Of a DNA stretch of 64,000 nt, positions 1 through 13,010 are shown piece after piece. The translations under genes and the position numbers were made by a program. The notes beneath the pieces are model-generated. The model saw only the letters and a list, made by a program, of their open reading frames with translations, was not told the DNA's origin and did not search any database. How positions within the stretch are numbered: the first letter of the stretch is position 1; every line of letters begins with the position of its first letter. Origin of the DNA: Okamejei kenojei (taxonomy: Eukaryota); assembly GCA_035221665.1 (NCBI GenBank), contig CM069142.1, forward strand, positions 30,938,001-31,002,000. The letters run 5' to 3'.

Positions 1-562
1 GCACCAAGTGTACTTCAAAATGAAGTGTAGTTACTATTTTAATGCGTAAAATGAATTAAGATTCCACAAACAGCCAAGGGAGAAAACATGATTGATTTTG
101 GTTGAAGAATGGCTGCTATTGAGTATTTAATAGTAATCTGCATTATCTCCTCAACATTATCCTGAGAGGCCACTCTGAAATAAAATGTTAATTGCTTCTC
201 GATATTTAAACAATTGATTAAATGCTGAAGAGTGATTAAGTATACTTCTGATGATACTTTTATTTCCGCTTCTGCATTGAAACATCGATTTCAATGGTCT
301 TTAGTCAAGTTGGAACTCACGATAACTGTGGATGAGAATATCGCCATTGAGTGAAAGATAAATTCAGATTTATTGAATTGTAGATGGATGTTCCAATTAA
401 TTTGTGTTGGGCAGTACAGAGTGTCAATCTTTTTTTATCGTAGCATTTCTGCTTGTACATAATACTTTTGGGGGGCAAGATCATAATGGTTTTGAGAGAT
501 TGGCATTATAATTTTTTTTAAATGCATAAAAAATGTATTGATATGATTTTTGTGTTGTGCAG

Positions 563-667
563 GCAGGTAAACATGAAGCAATTGTGAAAAATGTGCATGA
601 TCTCCTTGCAAAATTGGCATGGGATTTTTCTCCGGAACAGCTAGATCATCTTTTTGATTGCTTTAAG
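563..667 (+). CDS. USP9X: USP9X (FAF-X deubiquitinase) internal coding exon, [35 protein letters not shown]
   Basis: AG at 561-562, GT at 668; 105 nt; peptide matches vertebrate USP9X as I recall it. Confidence 0.96.
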
Positions 668-749
668 GTAGAAATCTTTTCATCGTTAAATTAATTCATA
701 GCTCAATTAAAATACTTATTTATTTACTTTGCAACATTTTAAATTTAAG

Positions 750-956
750 GCAAGTTGGACAAATGCAAGCAAAAAGCAGCGTGAAAAGCTTCTAGAATTG
801 ATCCGTCGTCTAGCTGAGGATGACAAAGATGGTGTAATGGCACATAAGGTGTTAAATCTGCTGTGGAATTTAGCACATAGTGACGATGTACCAGTTGACA
901 TAATGGACCAGGCTTTAAGCGCACACATCAAAATCCTGGATTACAGTTGTTCTCAG
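750..956 (+). CDS. USP9X: USP9X exon [28 protein letters not shown]...ILDYSCSQ
   Basis: Within ORF 729..1013; AG/GT boundaries; 207 nt; follows an 82-bp intron. Confidence 0.97.
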
Positions 957-1497
957 GTAAGGGAAAAAAAAAATATTTTAACTTTTTTGTTTCATAATGA
1001 CATTGTGTTCTAGATTTTAACTGAGATGTGAACAAAAATTTGCTTATCCTTCCCTTTTGAAAGGTATCTTGTTATCAAGGCTTGTTATTCACTAACTTGG
1101 GACAAATATCTACTTGAACTTTAACTGGGAAACCCTTATTTATTGCCCTGCTGCTTACATGTCAGCTGAGTACTGTAATACTGGCTATCTAATATTCCTT
1201 GGCTGAATTGGTGTTGTACCTTGTCTTTGGAAAGCCACAATTACAGAAGGTTTTTTTGACTATTTAATGAATATTACCCGATCCTAAGAATGAGCAAACC
1301 ATTATAAACAATGTGCAAGTTATTAGATTTTATCGATAGCTGAAGATCATTTTCTCTGGAGTCTTTGGCTGAGCATTGAACATGTATTGAAGGAGTATAT
1401 GCAATATTAGATTTTTTTAATTTTATTTTTTAAAAGCTTATAATACATCTTTTGCTAACACAAAAATCGGTTAATCTAACTTCTCTTCTTAAGTTAG

Positions 1498-3685
1498 CAG
1501 TGCCCTCCATAATGTTTGGGACAAAGATCCATCATTTATTTATTTGCCTCTGTACTCCACAATTTGAGATTTGTAATAGGAAAAGAAAAATACATATGGT
1601 TAAAGTGCACATTGTCAGATTTTAATAAAGGGTATTTTTATACATTTTAGTTTCACCATGTAGAAATTACAGCTGTGTTTACACATAGTCCCCCATTTCA
1701 GGGCATCATAATGTTTGCGACACAGCAAAGTCATGTCATTAAAAGTAGTCATGTTTAATATTTTGTTGCATATCCTTTGCATGCAATGACTGCTTGAAGT
1801 CTGCGATTCATGGACATCGCCAGTTGCTGGGTGTCTTCTCTGGTGATGCGCTGCCAGGCCTGTATTGCAGCCATCTTTGGCGTATGCATATTTTGGAGGC
1901 TAGTCCCTTTCAGTTTTCTCTTCAGCAAATAAAAGGCATGCTCAATTGGGTTCAGATAGGGTGATTGACTTGGCCACTCAAGAATTGACCATTTTTTAGC
2001 TTTGAAAAACACCTTTGTTGCTTTAGCAGTATGTTTGCGATCATTGCCTTGCTGTAGAATGAACCACCGGCCAATGGGTTTTGAGGCATTTGTTTGAACC
2101 TGAGCAGATAGGACGTGTCTATACACTTCAGAATTTATTATGCCATCAGCAGTTATATCAATGAAAATAAGTGAGCCAGTACCTTCAGCAGCCATACATG
2201 TCCAGGCCATAACACTCCTGCCACCATGTTTCACAGGTGAGGTGGTATGCTTTGGATCTTGGGCAGTTCCTTCTCTCCGCCGTACTTTGCCCTTGCCATC
2301 ACTCTGATATAAGTTAATCTTTGTCTCCTCCGTCCTCAAGATTTTTTTCCAGAACTGCGGTTGGCCTTTTAAGTACTTCTTGGCAAACCGTAACGTGGCC
2401 ATCCTATATTTGTGGCTAACCAGTGGTTTGCATCTTGCAGTCTCGCCACTGTATTTCTGTTCAAAAAGTTTTCTGCGGACAGTGGTCATTGACAAATCCA
2501 CACCTGACTCCAGAAGAGTGTTTCTGATCTATCGGACAGGTGTTTGGGGATTTTTTTTTACTATAGAGAGAATTCTTCTGTCATCAGCTGTGGAGGTCCT
2601 CCTTTGCCTGCCAGTCCCTTTGCGATTAGTAAGCACCAGTGCTCTTATTCTTCTGAATTATGTTCCAAACAGTTGATTTTGGCAAGCCCAAGGTTTAGCT
2701 GATGTCTCTAACAGTTTTTGCAGTTTCTTGTTTCTCAGTCTCATAATGGCTTCTTTGACTTTCATTGGCACAACTGGTCCTCATGTTGATAAACAGCAAT
2801 AAAAGTTTCCAAAGGTGATGGAAAGACTGGAGGAAAGACTAGGTACTGAGAGTTCTGTTATACCTGCATTCAGGTCTCCAAATCTGAGGATGGACATTAT
2901 TGCCATAGAGGGAGTGCAGAGAAGGTTCACCAGACTGATTCCTGGGATGTCAGGACTGTCTTATGAAGAAAGACTGGATAGACTCGGTTTATACTCTCTG
3001 GAATTTAGGAGATTGAGAGGGGATCTTATAGAAACTTACAAAATTCTTAAGGGGTTGGACAGGCTAGATGCAGGAAGATTGTTCCCGATGTTGGGGAAGT
3101 CCAGGACAAGGGGTCACAGCTTAAGGATAAGGGGGAAATCCTTTAAGACCGAGATGAGAAAGACTTTTTTCACACAGAGAGTGGTGAGTCTCTGGAACTC
3201 TCTGCCACAGAGGGTAGTTGAGGCCAGTTCATTGGCTATATTTAAGAGTGAGTTGGATGTGGCCCTTGTGGCTAGGGGGATCAGAGGGTATGGAGAGAAG
3301 GCAGGTACGGGATACTGAGTTGGATGATCAGCCATGATCATATTGAATGGCGGTGCAGGCTCGAAGGGCTGAATGGCCTACTCCTGCACCTAATTTCTAT
3401 GTTTCTATGTAGGAGGCAATTAAACACACCTGAGCAATTACAAGTGCCTGTGAAGACATGTGTCCCAAACATTATGGTGCCCTGAAATGGGAGGACTATG
3501 TATAAACACATCTGTCATTTCTACATAGTGAAACCAAAATGTATAAAAATACCCTTTAATAAAATATGACAATGTGCATTTTAACCACATGTGATTTTTT
3601 TTTCTATTACAAATCTCAAATTATGGAGTACAGAGGCAAATAAAGAAATGATGTGTCTTTGTCTCAAACATTATGGAGGGCACAG
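1498..3685 (-). mobile_element. Tc1-like DNA transposon (IR/DR type), defective
   Basis: TIRs cagtgccctccataatgtttgggaca / tgtctcaaacattatggagggcacag, about 220 bp with internal direct repeats; transposase ORF 1755..2501 (WPSQSPYLNPIE; catalytic Asp residues altered); interrupted by a CR1. Confidence 0.93.
2871..3410 (+). mobile_element. CR1/HER-type LINE 3' fragment nested in the Tc1
   Basis: RT C-terminus VQRRFTRLIPGM...FFTQRVVSLWNSLP; (tttctatg)n tail; the empty site is visible in the second copy of this Tc1 family (tgcatg|aaggagg, ~61141). Confidence 0.92.
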
Positions 3686-4133
3686 TAAGTATTCCACCTT
3701 ATTTTTCCTTGTAGCCTCTTCCTGTTGTATTTTTGAATGAATTCATACCAAAATTACACCTGTGAATGGAAAACTCAGTTTTAACTATCATGATTAAATA
3801 TCCAACTGACTATAAATGACATTTAAAAAATAGCTAGATAAAGTGAATAAAGCATACTATGCTGCTCATTGTTGATGTGAATAAAGTGACCCGTCTAGGT
3901 TTCATTTGTTTTCAGCAAAAAATTCAAAGATGCGGCAGACTGAGCTATAGATATACTTCTCCTTCCATTCATCTAACCTTTAAATTTGTTTTAAGATGGA
4001 CGTACAGTCACTTGGCAGTTCACTATTGATGCTTCGTGACTTGTAGCTGTTCCCCATTTCTTACATGCAGTTTTAGTTTCAAACTAAAACGTGCTGTAAG
4101 AAAACTGAGGCAGTAAGAAAGTTTTTTTTTAAA

Positions 4134-4436
4134 TTTTAGTGATACTGTGCGGAAATAGGCCCTTCTGCCCAGCGAGTCCGCACCTAACCAGTGATCCCTG
4201 CACATTAATACTATCCTACACAAACTAAGGACAATTTACACCTATGTCAAGCTAATTAACCTACAAACTGTACGTCTTTGGAGTGTGTGAGGATACAGAA
4301 GATCTTGGCGAAAACATAGGCAGGTAACGGGGAAAACGTACAAATTCCATATAGACAGCACCCGTAGTCGGGATCGAACCCGGGTTTCTGGTGCTGTAAG
4401 GCAGCAAATCCACTGTGCTGCATACTGTGCCGTGCC
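4134..4436 (-). mobile_element. tRNA-derived SINE (HE1/V-SINE-like)
   Basis: Reverse complement has ggttcgatccc (B box), the core tttgtacgttttccccg...ccaaagacgtacag, and a gaagggcctatttccgcac tail shared with the CR1 3' end. Confidence 0.85.
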
Positions 4437-4546
4437 ATAAAGCATATGTATCTTTGAGGGGATATGTCATTATCAATGCTTATTGGTGGAAGTTTGTTAA
4501 ACTTTCTCTAACTTTTTAGAACTAATGTAAGTTGTTATTTAAATAG

Positions 4547-4683
4547 GATCGGGATACTCAAAAGATTCAGTGGATAGATCGTTTTGTGGAGGAACTCCGT
4601 ACAAATGACAAATGGGTCATTCCTGCTTTGAAACAAATTAGGGAAATCTGTAGTTTATTTTCTGAAGCACCACAAAATTTAAG
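4547..4683 (+). CDS. USP9X: USP9X exon [45 protein letters not shown](S)
   Basis: aaatag|GATCGG ... TTAAG|gtaag; 137 nt, ends in phase 2. Confidence 0.95.
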
Positions 4684-5991
4684 GTAAGAATAAAGACTGA
4701 TCACAATTTGTCATGTGGAATGCTGAAAGAGCCTGCTCTTCCAGAACTATTGATATTTCGCATCTAACATCAGGTAAAAAATTTTTAATGTCCTATTATT
4801 CCGTTCATTATCACAAGCTAGATTATTTCAATAAAAAAGATTTAAAATATTTATTTTTATGGTGTCTAATAGAAATTGTGATAGTTTACGTCTTTAGACA
4901 TGTCTTGAGACATGAGATACTAAAGCTCTTTTTAGTTAGCTGCCACATATGAAGAGCAACTATCTGCAGATGTAAAATGCATTATAAAGAATTAATCTAC
5001 TGGGTTAGATTTAAAAGGCAAGATGGTAAATTTCATAAGATGTTAATAAATAAAATGTTTCACGTGTTAAAGTAGACAAACTTTGGAAATATAAATTTTG
5101 ATTTTAAAAGGCAAGTTGTGGATTGATGTGCATTGGGACAACTTTTCTGTTCAATAGATAAGCATGCTAGAACTAAACAATTCCAAAGCACAGGCTGGTG
5201 CACAGCTTTCTATTCAGTTCACTATCAGCCACAAAATTTCTACACTGTGTTTGTCTGCTTGCTATGATGTTTGCCAAGAAGGGGCAGTGCAAACTTGTAC
5301 ACATTTTCAGATCTCAGAATAGGAATTCTGCCCACAGCACAAATTACATGGCAGAAATTGGCTCTCAGAAAAATGTTTTAATTAATTTTACATGTGTTTT
5401 TAATTTTTGAATTTGTAACATTTTTAGTTTTAACTAAACCATGTCCCCCAACGTGCGGAGGTGCGGGCGTCGTCACACTGGAGGGAATCACCCTGGAGAC
5501 AGGCGCCCCCCCGGAGCCAATCACCCCGATCACCCGGTCCCTCAACGCATCCCGTTTCCACCACTCACTTGCTGTGCCGGTCATTTGAAACTTTTTAAAA
5601 AATGCAATTGCATTAAGATTTAATGTGATGCAGGTGCCATCGACAAGGCAGGACTCTCACTTAACTTTTTTTTCTCTGTTTCCAGCCGGGCAACGCAGGC
5701 AGCTTTTTAGGTTGCCAAATGACAGTTTAGGTGGTCATTTAAGACGGCTTCCATGATGCGTGGGTTAGTGTGCTCGGACGAAGTGCTTAGTTACAAGTCG
5801 GAATTATATTCAATGAAGCATTCACATATTATTTCTGCTTCAAATAAAGTCACTAACTAAACATATTCACCAATCAAGACATGATATATACCACAATGTC
5901 AACTCTTTTTACACGTTGCAATGAATGCAATTTCTATTATTTCTTTCCACTTCCAAACAAAAATGTGGTTGGATTATTCAGCGTATGATCG

Positions 5992-6441
5992 ATCTCGGTG
6001 AGACCAAGCGGAGGCTTGGCGATCGCTTCGCACAACACCTCCACTCAGTTCGCAATAACCAACCTGATCTCCCGGTGGCTCAGCACTTCAGCTCCCCCTC
6101 CCATTCCGAATCCGACCTTTCTGTCCTGGGCCTCCTCCATGGCCAGAGTGAGGCCCACCGCACATTGGAGGAACAGCACCTCATATTTCACTTGGGTAGT
6201 TTACACCCCAGCGGTATGAACATTGGCTTCTCCAATTTCAGGTAGTCCTTGCTTTCTCCCTCCTTCCCCTCCCATTCCCAGCTCCCCCACAGCCTACAGA
6301 CTACGCTTCCGCCTTTTTTCCGCCCCCCCCCCCCCCCCCCCGACATCAGTCTGAAGAAGGGTCTCGACCTGAAACGTCACCTATTCCTTCGCTCCATAGA
6401 TGCTGCCTCACCCGCTGATTTTCTCTGGCTTTTTTTGTCTA
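5992..6441 (+). mobile_element. Penelope-like element 3' fragment (GIY-YIG endonuclease C-terminal part plus pLTR)
   Basis: GETKRRLGDRFAQH...PVAQHF...EEQHLIFHLGSLHPSGMN; downstream ctgaagaagggtctcgacctgaaacgtc. Confidence 0.88.
6351..6378 (+). ncRNA. Minimal hammerhead-ribozyme-like motif in a Penelope pLTR (representative copy)
   Basis: CUGAAGA, then stem II (ggtc-tc-gacc), then GAAAC-GUC; other copies at 18549, 40940, 42058 and 48973-49028; helix I pairing is weak. Confidence 0.6.
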
Positions 6442-7072
6442 TCACCCATTTACACAATTCTGTTATTCCACTTTCCTCACCCGCTCCCTACACATTAGGG
6501 GCAATTTTACAGAGACAAGTTAACCTACAAAGCCAATGCGTCTTTGGGATGTGGGAGGAAACGCTTACAGGGATAATGTGCAAATTCAACACAGACCGTG
6601 CCCGAGGGCAGGATCGAACTCAGATCTCTGGCGTGTGAAGCAGCAAGTCTACCAGCTGTGCCACTATATTTTGTTTTCCAACATGCAAACATTTATACAT
6701 TGATAACTTTTGTTACTAAAAAAAAGAAACTATCCATTTTCAGTCTTAAATCTCTAAGTGACGCTATGTCCCCCTTTACAGCTACCATATGTTTTAATTC
6801 AGTTCAAGACTATGGGGCAGTACATTGGCCATAAAGTTGCTGCCTAAAAGTGCCAGAGACCCGGAATTGATGCTGAATATGGATGCTGTCTATATGGAGT
6901 TTGCTCCTTTTCCCTCTGATCGCAGGGGTTTTCTCCGGGTGCTCTTGTTTCCTTCCACATTCCAAAAGTGTGCAGTAACCTTTTTCAGACCCACCCCAAA
7001 ACGTAATATTTTCCTTTTGCCCAGTCTGGCCGGTTGAGTTACTCCAGCTTTTTGTGTCTATATTGTTTAAAC

Positions 7073-7462
7073 CAAAGATCCTATTGCAAGCAAGGTAGAT
7101 CACTCGACGAAAAAGACGTAGTACGGTCATGGGCAGATTCACGGCTAATTTTCGGCCCCATTTCCGTGACCGGCTTCTGTCTCCACACCAAAAATCCCAT
7201 CGGATACTAGTACGGAGACGGAAACCGGGTACGGAAACATACTCGTAAAAATAAAAGTTATTTGGTAAAAAATTTTTCCTCATTTTCTGAATTTTAATTT
7301 ATTAACACAACTGTTCCCCCGCAAAGTTGATTACACTGCAGGTCGGGTCAGGTTGTGGAAATGGATGGAAAAAAAGGCCCACGTTCCGTTTCGTTGCATA
7401 CTACATGTCAGCCCATTGCATTTAGAAGGAGTGATCTATCTTGCTCTGCTATAGGACCTTTG
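7073..7462. mobile_element. Non-autonomous hAT-type MITE with 8-bp TSD
   Basis: Imperfect ~33-bp TIRs caaagatcctattgcaagcaaggtagatcactc / gagtgatctatcttgctctgctataggacctttg; TSD GTTTAAAC at 7065-7072 and 7463-7470. Confidence 0.85.
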
Positions 7463-7531
7463 GTTTAAACCAGCATCTGCAGTTCCTTCCTACACACACA
7501 ATACCATACGATAGAACTTTATTAATCCCAA

Positions 7532-7696
7532 NNNNNNNNNNNNNNNNNNNNNNNNNNNNNNNNNNNNNNNNNNNNNNNNNNNNNNNNNNNNNNNNNNNNN
7601 NNNNNNNNNNNNNNNNNNNNNNNNNNNNNNNNNNNNNNNNNNNNNNNNNNNNNNNNNNNNNNNNNNNNNNNNNNNNNNNNNNNNNNNNNNNNNNNN
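7532..7696. other. Assembly gap
   Basis: N run. Confidence 1.
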
Positions 7697-8246
7697 ATAT
7701 ACACTTTTGTTTTCTCGTTTATAACATTGTTTACAGGCTACTATGTTTACATATTCTATTGTGCGGCTGCAAGTATTTCATTGTTCTAACTGGGACGTGA
7801 GAGAATAAAACACTTGACTCTTGACTTGCGTCACTAATGTGTGGGATAGAACTAGTGTACGGGATAATCGGTGGTCGGCATGGGCCGAAGGGCCTGTTTC
7901 CACGCTGTATCTTTAAATTAAACTAAAAACACTAAAACCAGAGGGAGTCTAAAGAAAGCGTCTCTACCCGAAACATCACCCAATTTCTTCTATCCAGAGA
8001 TGCTGGCTGCTCCATGGAGTTCTCCCGCACAATTAAAGCATGGAATAGGCTTCACCTTACCATAGTTATCCAACCAGACACAACTAATTTTAAGGTAGCT
8101 CTTTTTTCCCCCGAGAACCCTTTTTTGTTCAAGTCCAAGAGTCAAGACAGTTTTAGGACAATGAAATTCTTACTTGCTGCAGCACAACATATGCAAACAT
8201 AATACAGAACAGGAGATAAAAGTTCAGTGTGTTTATATACCTTAGA

Positions 8247-8283
<37 letters not shown>

Positions 8284-9209
8284 AAATAAACAGATAACGT
8301 GCAATAGACTGTTATTGTTCAGAGTTTAGAGTTTGGTGGTGGACCCTCCACCACCTCCAGTTTAAATTCCATTTGGAATATTTTTGGAGGACCAGGAAAC
8401 CAAGAAGCAAGAGTTACTCCAGGGAGTTACTTCAGCTCCAGGGAGTGATTCTGCGTTGGGTTTCAGCGGTCGTAGCGAGGCGGCGACCGGACAGCAATGG
8501 CGGCCAGATCTACCACAATGCAAAGGGAGGGAGAAAGTACCTGGCGCCGACCAGTTACCATGGCAGTGCGCATGTGTAGGGCGGCCGTTGATGTGCTGGC
8601 AATAGTTGTGCGCATGTGTAGGGGGAGGATGTGCAGGCCGTGGCGGTGCGCATGTGCAAGGCGGCCGGCCGTACTGGCGTATGAGGAGCGTGTGGAGAGC
8701 GGAGACCCGGCGGCCTGAACACAAATGGCGGGCGGAGACGGAGAGTGACAGAGAGAGAGATAGAGAGGGGGCCCGCTCAGAGTTGAACAGCAGGTGTCCT
8801 GGGTGCTTGCCAGGCCGTGCAAAATGACACGGCTTTTAGGTTGCCTGGCGGGACTTTAGCTGGCCATTGGCAACCGGGCAATGTTAATTTCGAGCCCTGC
8901 AAGGCCATCTTTTGTTATCCAAATCTAATCATTAAACTTTCCTGTGCTGGGTTAGGCTGGCAGATTTTTCCCCTTTGTTATCCAAATCTAATCATTAAAC
9001 TTTGCTGTGCTGGGTCAGCAGAGATCACATTGTGATGTCAATTTCGGTTTTCGGAATCTTCACAGCAGCTTGTGTCAATGAGATCCCTGCTGCTGGAAGA
9101 GTCTCCCTGTCAAAGGCAGTTTTTTTTTTTTTTTTGGAATTGGCTTTTTTAAACTTTAAATATCAATAACTGTGAAATATAACATCAAATCGGAAGGAAA
9201 CGTATTAGA

Positions 9210-10588
9210 TGCAACCAATTGCCTTCAGAAGTCACCTAATTAGTAAATAGAGTCCACTTGTGTGTAATCTAATCTCAGTATAAATACAGCTGTTCTGTGA
9301 AGGCCTCAGAGGTTTGTTAGAGAACATTAGTGAACAAACAATGTTCCTTGGGAATCATGAAGCCCATGGAACACACCAGACAGGTCAGGGATGAAGTTGT
9401 GGAGAAGTTTAAAGCAGGGTTAGGTTATTAAAAAAAATCCCAAGCTTTGAACATCTCACGGAGCACTGTTCAATCCATCATCCGAAAATGGAAAGAGTAT
9501 GGCACAACTGCAAACCTACCAAGACATGGCCGTCCACCTAAACTGACAGGCCGGGCAAGGAGAGCATTGATCAGAGAAGCAGCCAAGAGGCCCATGGTAA
9601 CTCTGGAGGAGCTGCAGAGATCCACAGCTCAGGTGGGAGATTCTGTCCACAGGACAACTATTGCACTCCACAAATCGGGTCTTTATGGAAGAGTGGCAAG
9701 AAGAAAGCCATTGTTGAAACAAAGCCATAAGAAGTCCCGTTTGCAGTTTGCCACAAGCTATGTGGGGGACACAGCAAACATGTGGAGGAAGGTACTCTGG
9801 TCTGATGAGACCAAAATTGAAGTTTTTGGCATAAATGCAAAACGCTATGTGTGGTGGAAAACTAACACTGCACATCACCCTGAACGCACCATTCCCACTG
9901 TGAAACATGGTGGTGGCAGCATCATGCTGTGGGGATGCTTTTCTTCAGGAGGGACAGGGAAGCTGGTAATAGTTGATGGGAAGATGGATGGAGCCAAATA
10001 CAGGGCAATCTTGGAAGAAAACCTGTTAGAGTCTGCAAAAGACTTGAGAATGGGGTGGAGGTTCACCTTCCAGCAGGACAACAACCCTAAACATACAGCC
10101 AGAGCTACAATGGAATGGTTTAGATCAAAGCATATTCATGTGTTAGAATGGCCCAGTAAAAGTCCAGACCTAAATCCAATTGAGAATCTCTGGCAAGACT
10201 TGACAATTGCTGTTCACAGACGCTCTCCATCAAATCCGGCTGAGCTTGAGCTATTTTGCAAAGAAGAATGGGCAAAAATTTCAGTCTCTGGATGTGCAAA
10301 GCGGGTAGAGACATACCCCAAAAGACTTGCAGCTGTAATTGCAGCGAAAGGTGGTTCTACAAAGTATTGACTCAGGGGGGCTGAATACTTTTGCACGCCA
10401 CACTTTTCAGTTTTTTATTTGTAATAAAATTTGGAAACCATGTATCATATTCCTTCCACATCACAATTATGCACCACTTTGTGTTGGTCTATCACATAAA
10501 ATCCCAATAAAATACATTTACGTTTGTGGTTGTAACGTGACAAAATATGGAAAAGTTCAAGGGGTATGAATACTTTGGCAAGCCACTG
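9210..10588 (+). mobile_element. Tc1 transposon (second family), left TIR missing, near-intact transposase
   Basis: ATG at 9357 with a stop/frameshift near 9429, then ORF 9447..10370 with HTH/GRPP, WSDE, QQDN and SPDLNPIE; right end ...ggcaagccactg followed by TA. Confidence 0.93.
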
Positions 10589-10601
10589 TATATATATATA
10601 T

Positions 10602-11324
10602 ACTAGACCAACTTGGACCTGTTGGATCCCTGTCATACAGGAGGCCTGGTCCTCTAACGCAATATTCCACCACTAACCCGTAGCCCCCACGAGAAGCGTG
10701 GTCCCCCAACTCATCCCGCTCCCCAACATAAGATTCCACCACTCCCCTGCCTCCCCCAGCACTGGACTTAAAAAAAATTGTACTTCCCCTGTCTGCCGCA
10801 GCACTTCGAATTCACCCGCCCCCTCCTGTTGAAGCACTTGCTGCCAGGAGCTGGAGTGTTGTATGATGGCAACATTGTTGAAAATGTCGGGTGGAGGACT
10901 GTGATGGTGGAAACACCGAGTGTTCCTGTATTGCAATTTGGAATCAAAGTTTGTTGGAAGCTGGCAGGAAGGATTTTAACAGTAAAAATCTTGTTAAAGT
11001 TGGCTTTTTTTAACTTTGAATATCAATAACGTGAAATATAACATAAAATCTGAAGGAAACGTATTAGATGGACCGCAGGAAAAAGCTATAAGATTCTACA
11101 AAAATGTTCACGATATCGTGTTCCGTTTTGCCGAAAATACAATAACAGACACATACACGCACATAGAAACAAGATGAGACTAATCAGTATATACTAGACC
11201 AAGTGGAACCTGTTGGGCCCCGACCCCCAACGCGGGTCACCCACCCATAGCCCCCAACTGACCAGGCGTGGCTGACGGGTTCCTGTTGTGACATCACCCC
11301 CCCCCCCCAACACACTAACCCCGA

Positions 11325-11363
<39 letters not shown>

Positions 11364-11495
11364 CCCCCCACACACAATAACCCCCCCGCCCACACACTAA
11401 CCTCCCCCATACCAACACCCCCCACACACCAACACCCCCCCCCCCCCCCCCCCCACACATCAATATCCCCCACACAGACTAACCCTCCTACTCAC

Positions 11496-11537
<42 letters not shown>

Positions 11538-13010
11538 ACACACACTAACCCCTCGGGGCTCACGCTAACCCCCCCCCACACAGACTAACCCCCCCATGTC
11601 TCTCTGTCATTCTCTCTTCCCCATCACACACTCTTCCCCGTCAACACTCTCCCCCGTCACCCACTCCCCCAATCACCCACTCCCCCAATCACCCGCTCCC
11701 CCCAATCACCCGCTCCCCCCAATCACCCGCTTCCCCGTCACACACTCCCCCGTCACACACTCCCCCGTCGCACACTCCCCCGTCGCACACTCCCCCCGTC
11801 GCAACACTCCCCCGTCCCCCGTCGCACACTCCCCCGTCGCACACTCCCCCGTCACACACCCCCCCGTCGCACACTTCCCCCCCCCCACACACTTCCCCCC
11901 CCCGTCACACACACCCCCCCCGGTCACACGCTATCCCCTCCCCATCACACACTCACCCCCCGTTCCCCATCACACACTTCCCCCCAGTCACACGCTACCC
12001 TGTCACACACACCCCCGTCACCCACTCCCCCAATCACCCGCTCCCCCAATCACCCGCTCCCCCAATCACACGCTTCCCCGTCACACCACTCCCCCGTCAC
12101 ACACTCCCCCGTCGCACACTCCCCTGTCGCACACTCCCCCGTCGCACACTCCCCCGTCGCACTCCCCCCGTCGCACACTCCCCCGTCGCACACTCCCCCC
12201 GTCGCACACTTCCCCCCCCCCCCGTCGCACACTTCCCCCCCCCCCGTCACACACACTTCCCCCCCCCCCGTCACACACCCCCCCGGTCACACGCTATCCC
12301 CTCCCCATCACACACTCACTCCCGTCACACACTCCCTCCCCATCACACACTTCCCCCCCCCAGTCACACGCTACCCTGTCACACACACCCCCGTCACTCA
12401 CGCCCCCTCGTCACGCACATTCCCCCCATCACACACTTGTCTTCCCCACCTCCCTGTTAATTTTTTTTCCCAATGAAATAATCTTATCTTTAAAGAATTT
12501 GAAGAAAGAAGCTAAAAAATCTCACTCTCAATGTTTCTCTGTCACCTCCTTTTCCCTACCCTCAGTCATTCCTTCCCTCACCTCTCCCCTTTCGTACTCC
12601 CCCACTAAAGACAATGTTAAACATTTCTTCTCCCATCCCCCACTCCGTCAACTCTCATAGCTTGTGTATTGGCAGCAGAGATCACATTGTGATGACCTTT
12701 TTGGTTTATGGAATGTTCACTGCAGCGTGTGCCTGAGGTCCCTTTGTGGTGTCATTTTCGGTTTTCTGAATTTTCACAGCAGCTTGTGTAAATAACGACT
12801 GAGATGGCATTATGGCATCATCACTGGAAGCTGCTGGAAGAGGCTCCCTGTCAAAGGCAGTTATTATTTTCAAAGTTGTTTTTTTTAACTTTAAATATGA
12901 ATAACTTGAAATAAAATATCAAATCTGAAGGAAACTTATTAGATCTCAACGGGTAAAAAGCTGTAAGAACCTGCAAAAATATTAGCACTATCGAGTACCG
13001 TTTTGGTGAA
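10602..13010 (-). mobile_element. Tandem Helitron-like non-autonomous repeats (ends at ~10602 and ~11193; a related piece at ~8900-9209)
   Basis: Minus-strand ends read hairpin (gggcccaacaggttcc) + acttggtCTAG-T; shared block aaatctgaaggaaac(g/t)tattagat at ~9187, ~11047 and ~12921. Confidence 0.55.
11650..12432. repeat. C-rich minisatellite (~15-bp unit cccccgtc(g/a)cacact)
   Basis: Direct reading; accounts for the low-complexity ORFs here; the opposite strand is G4-prone. Confidence 0.9.

Noticed and set aside
2815-3318. 167-aa ORF as an independent gene
   Set aside because: Chimera of Tc1 sequence and a CR1 RT C-terminus.
4330-4436. tRNA gene
   Set aside because: The A/B-box-like sequence is the head of a SINE and continues into the SINE core and tail.
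8362-9035. Cluster of GC-rich ORFs on both strands
   Set aside because: Composite of a LINE tail and a DNA-transposon end (...aatttcgagccctg); no recognisable protein.
11596-12660. 354-aa Pro/His/Ser-rich ORF and antisense Gly/Cys-rich ORFs
   Set aside because: Translation of a C-rich minisatellite; no splice or domain evidence.
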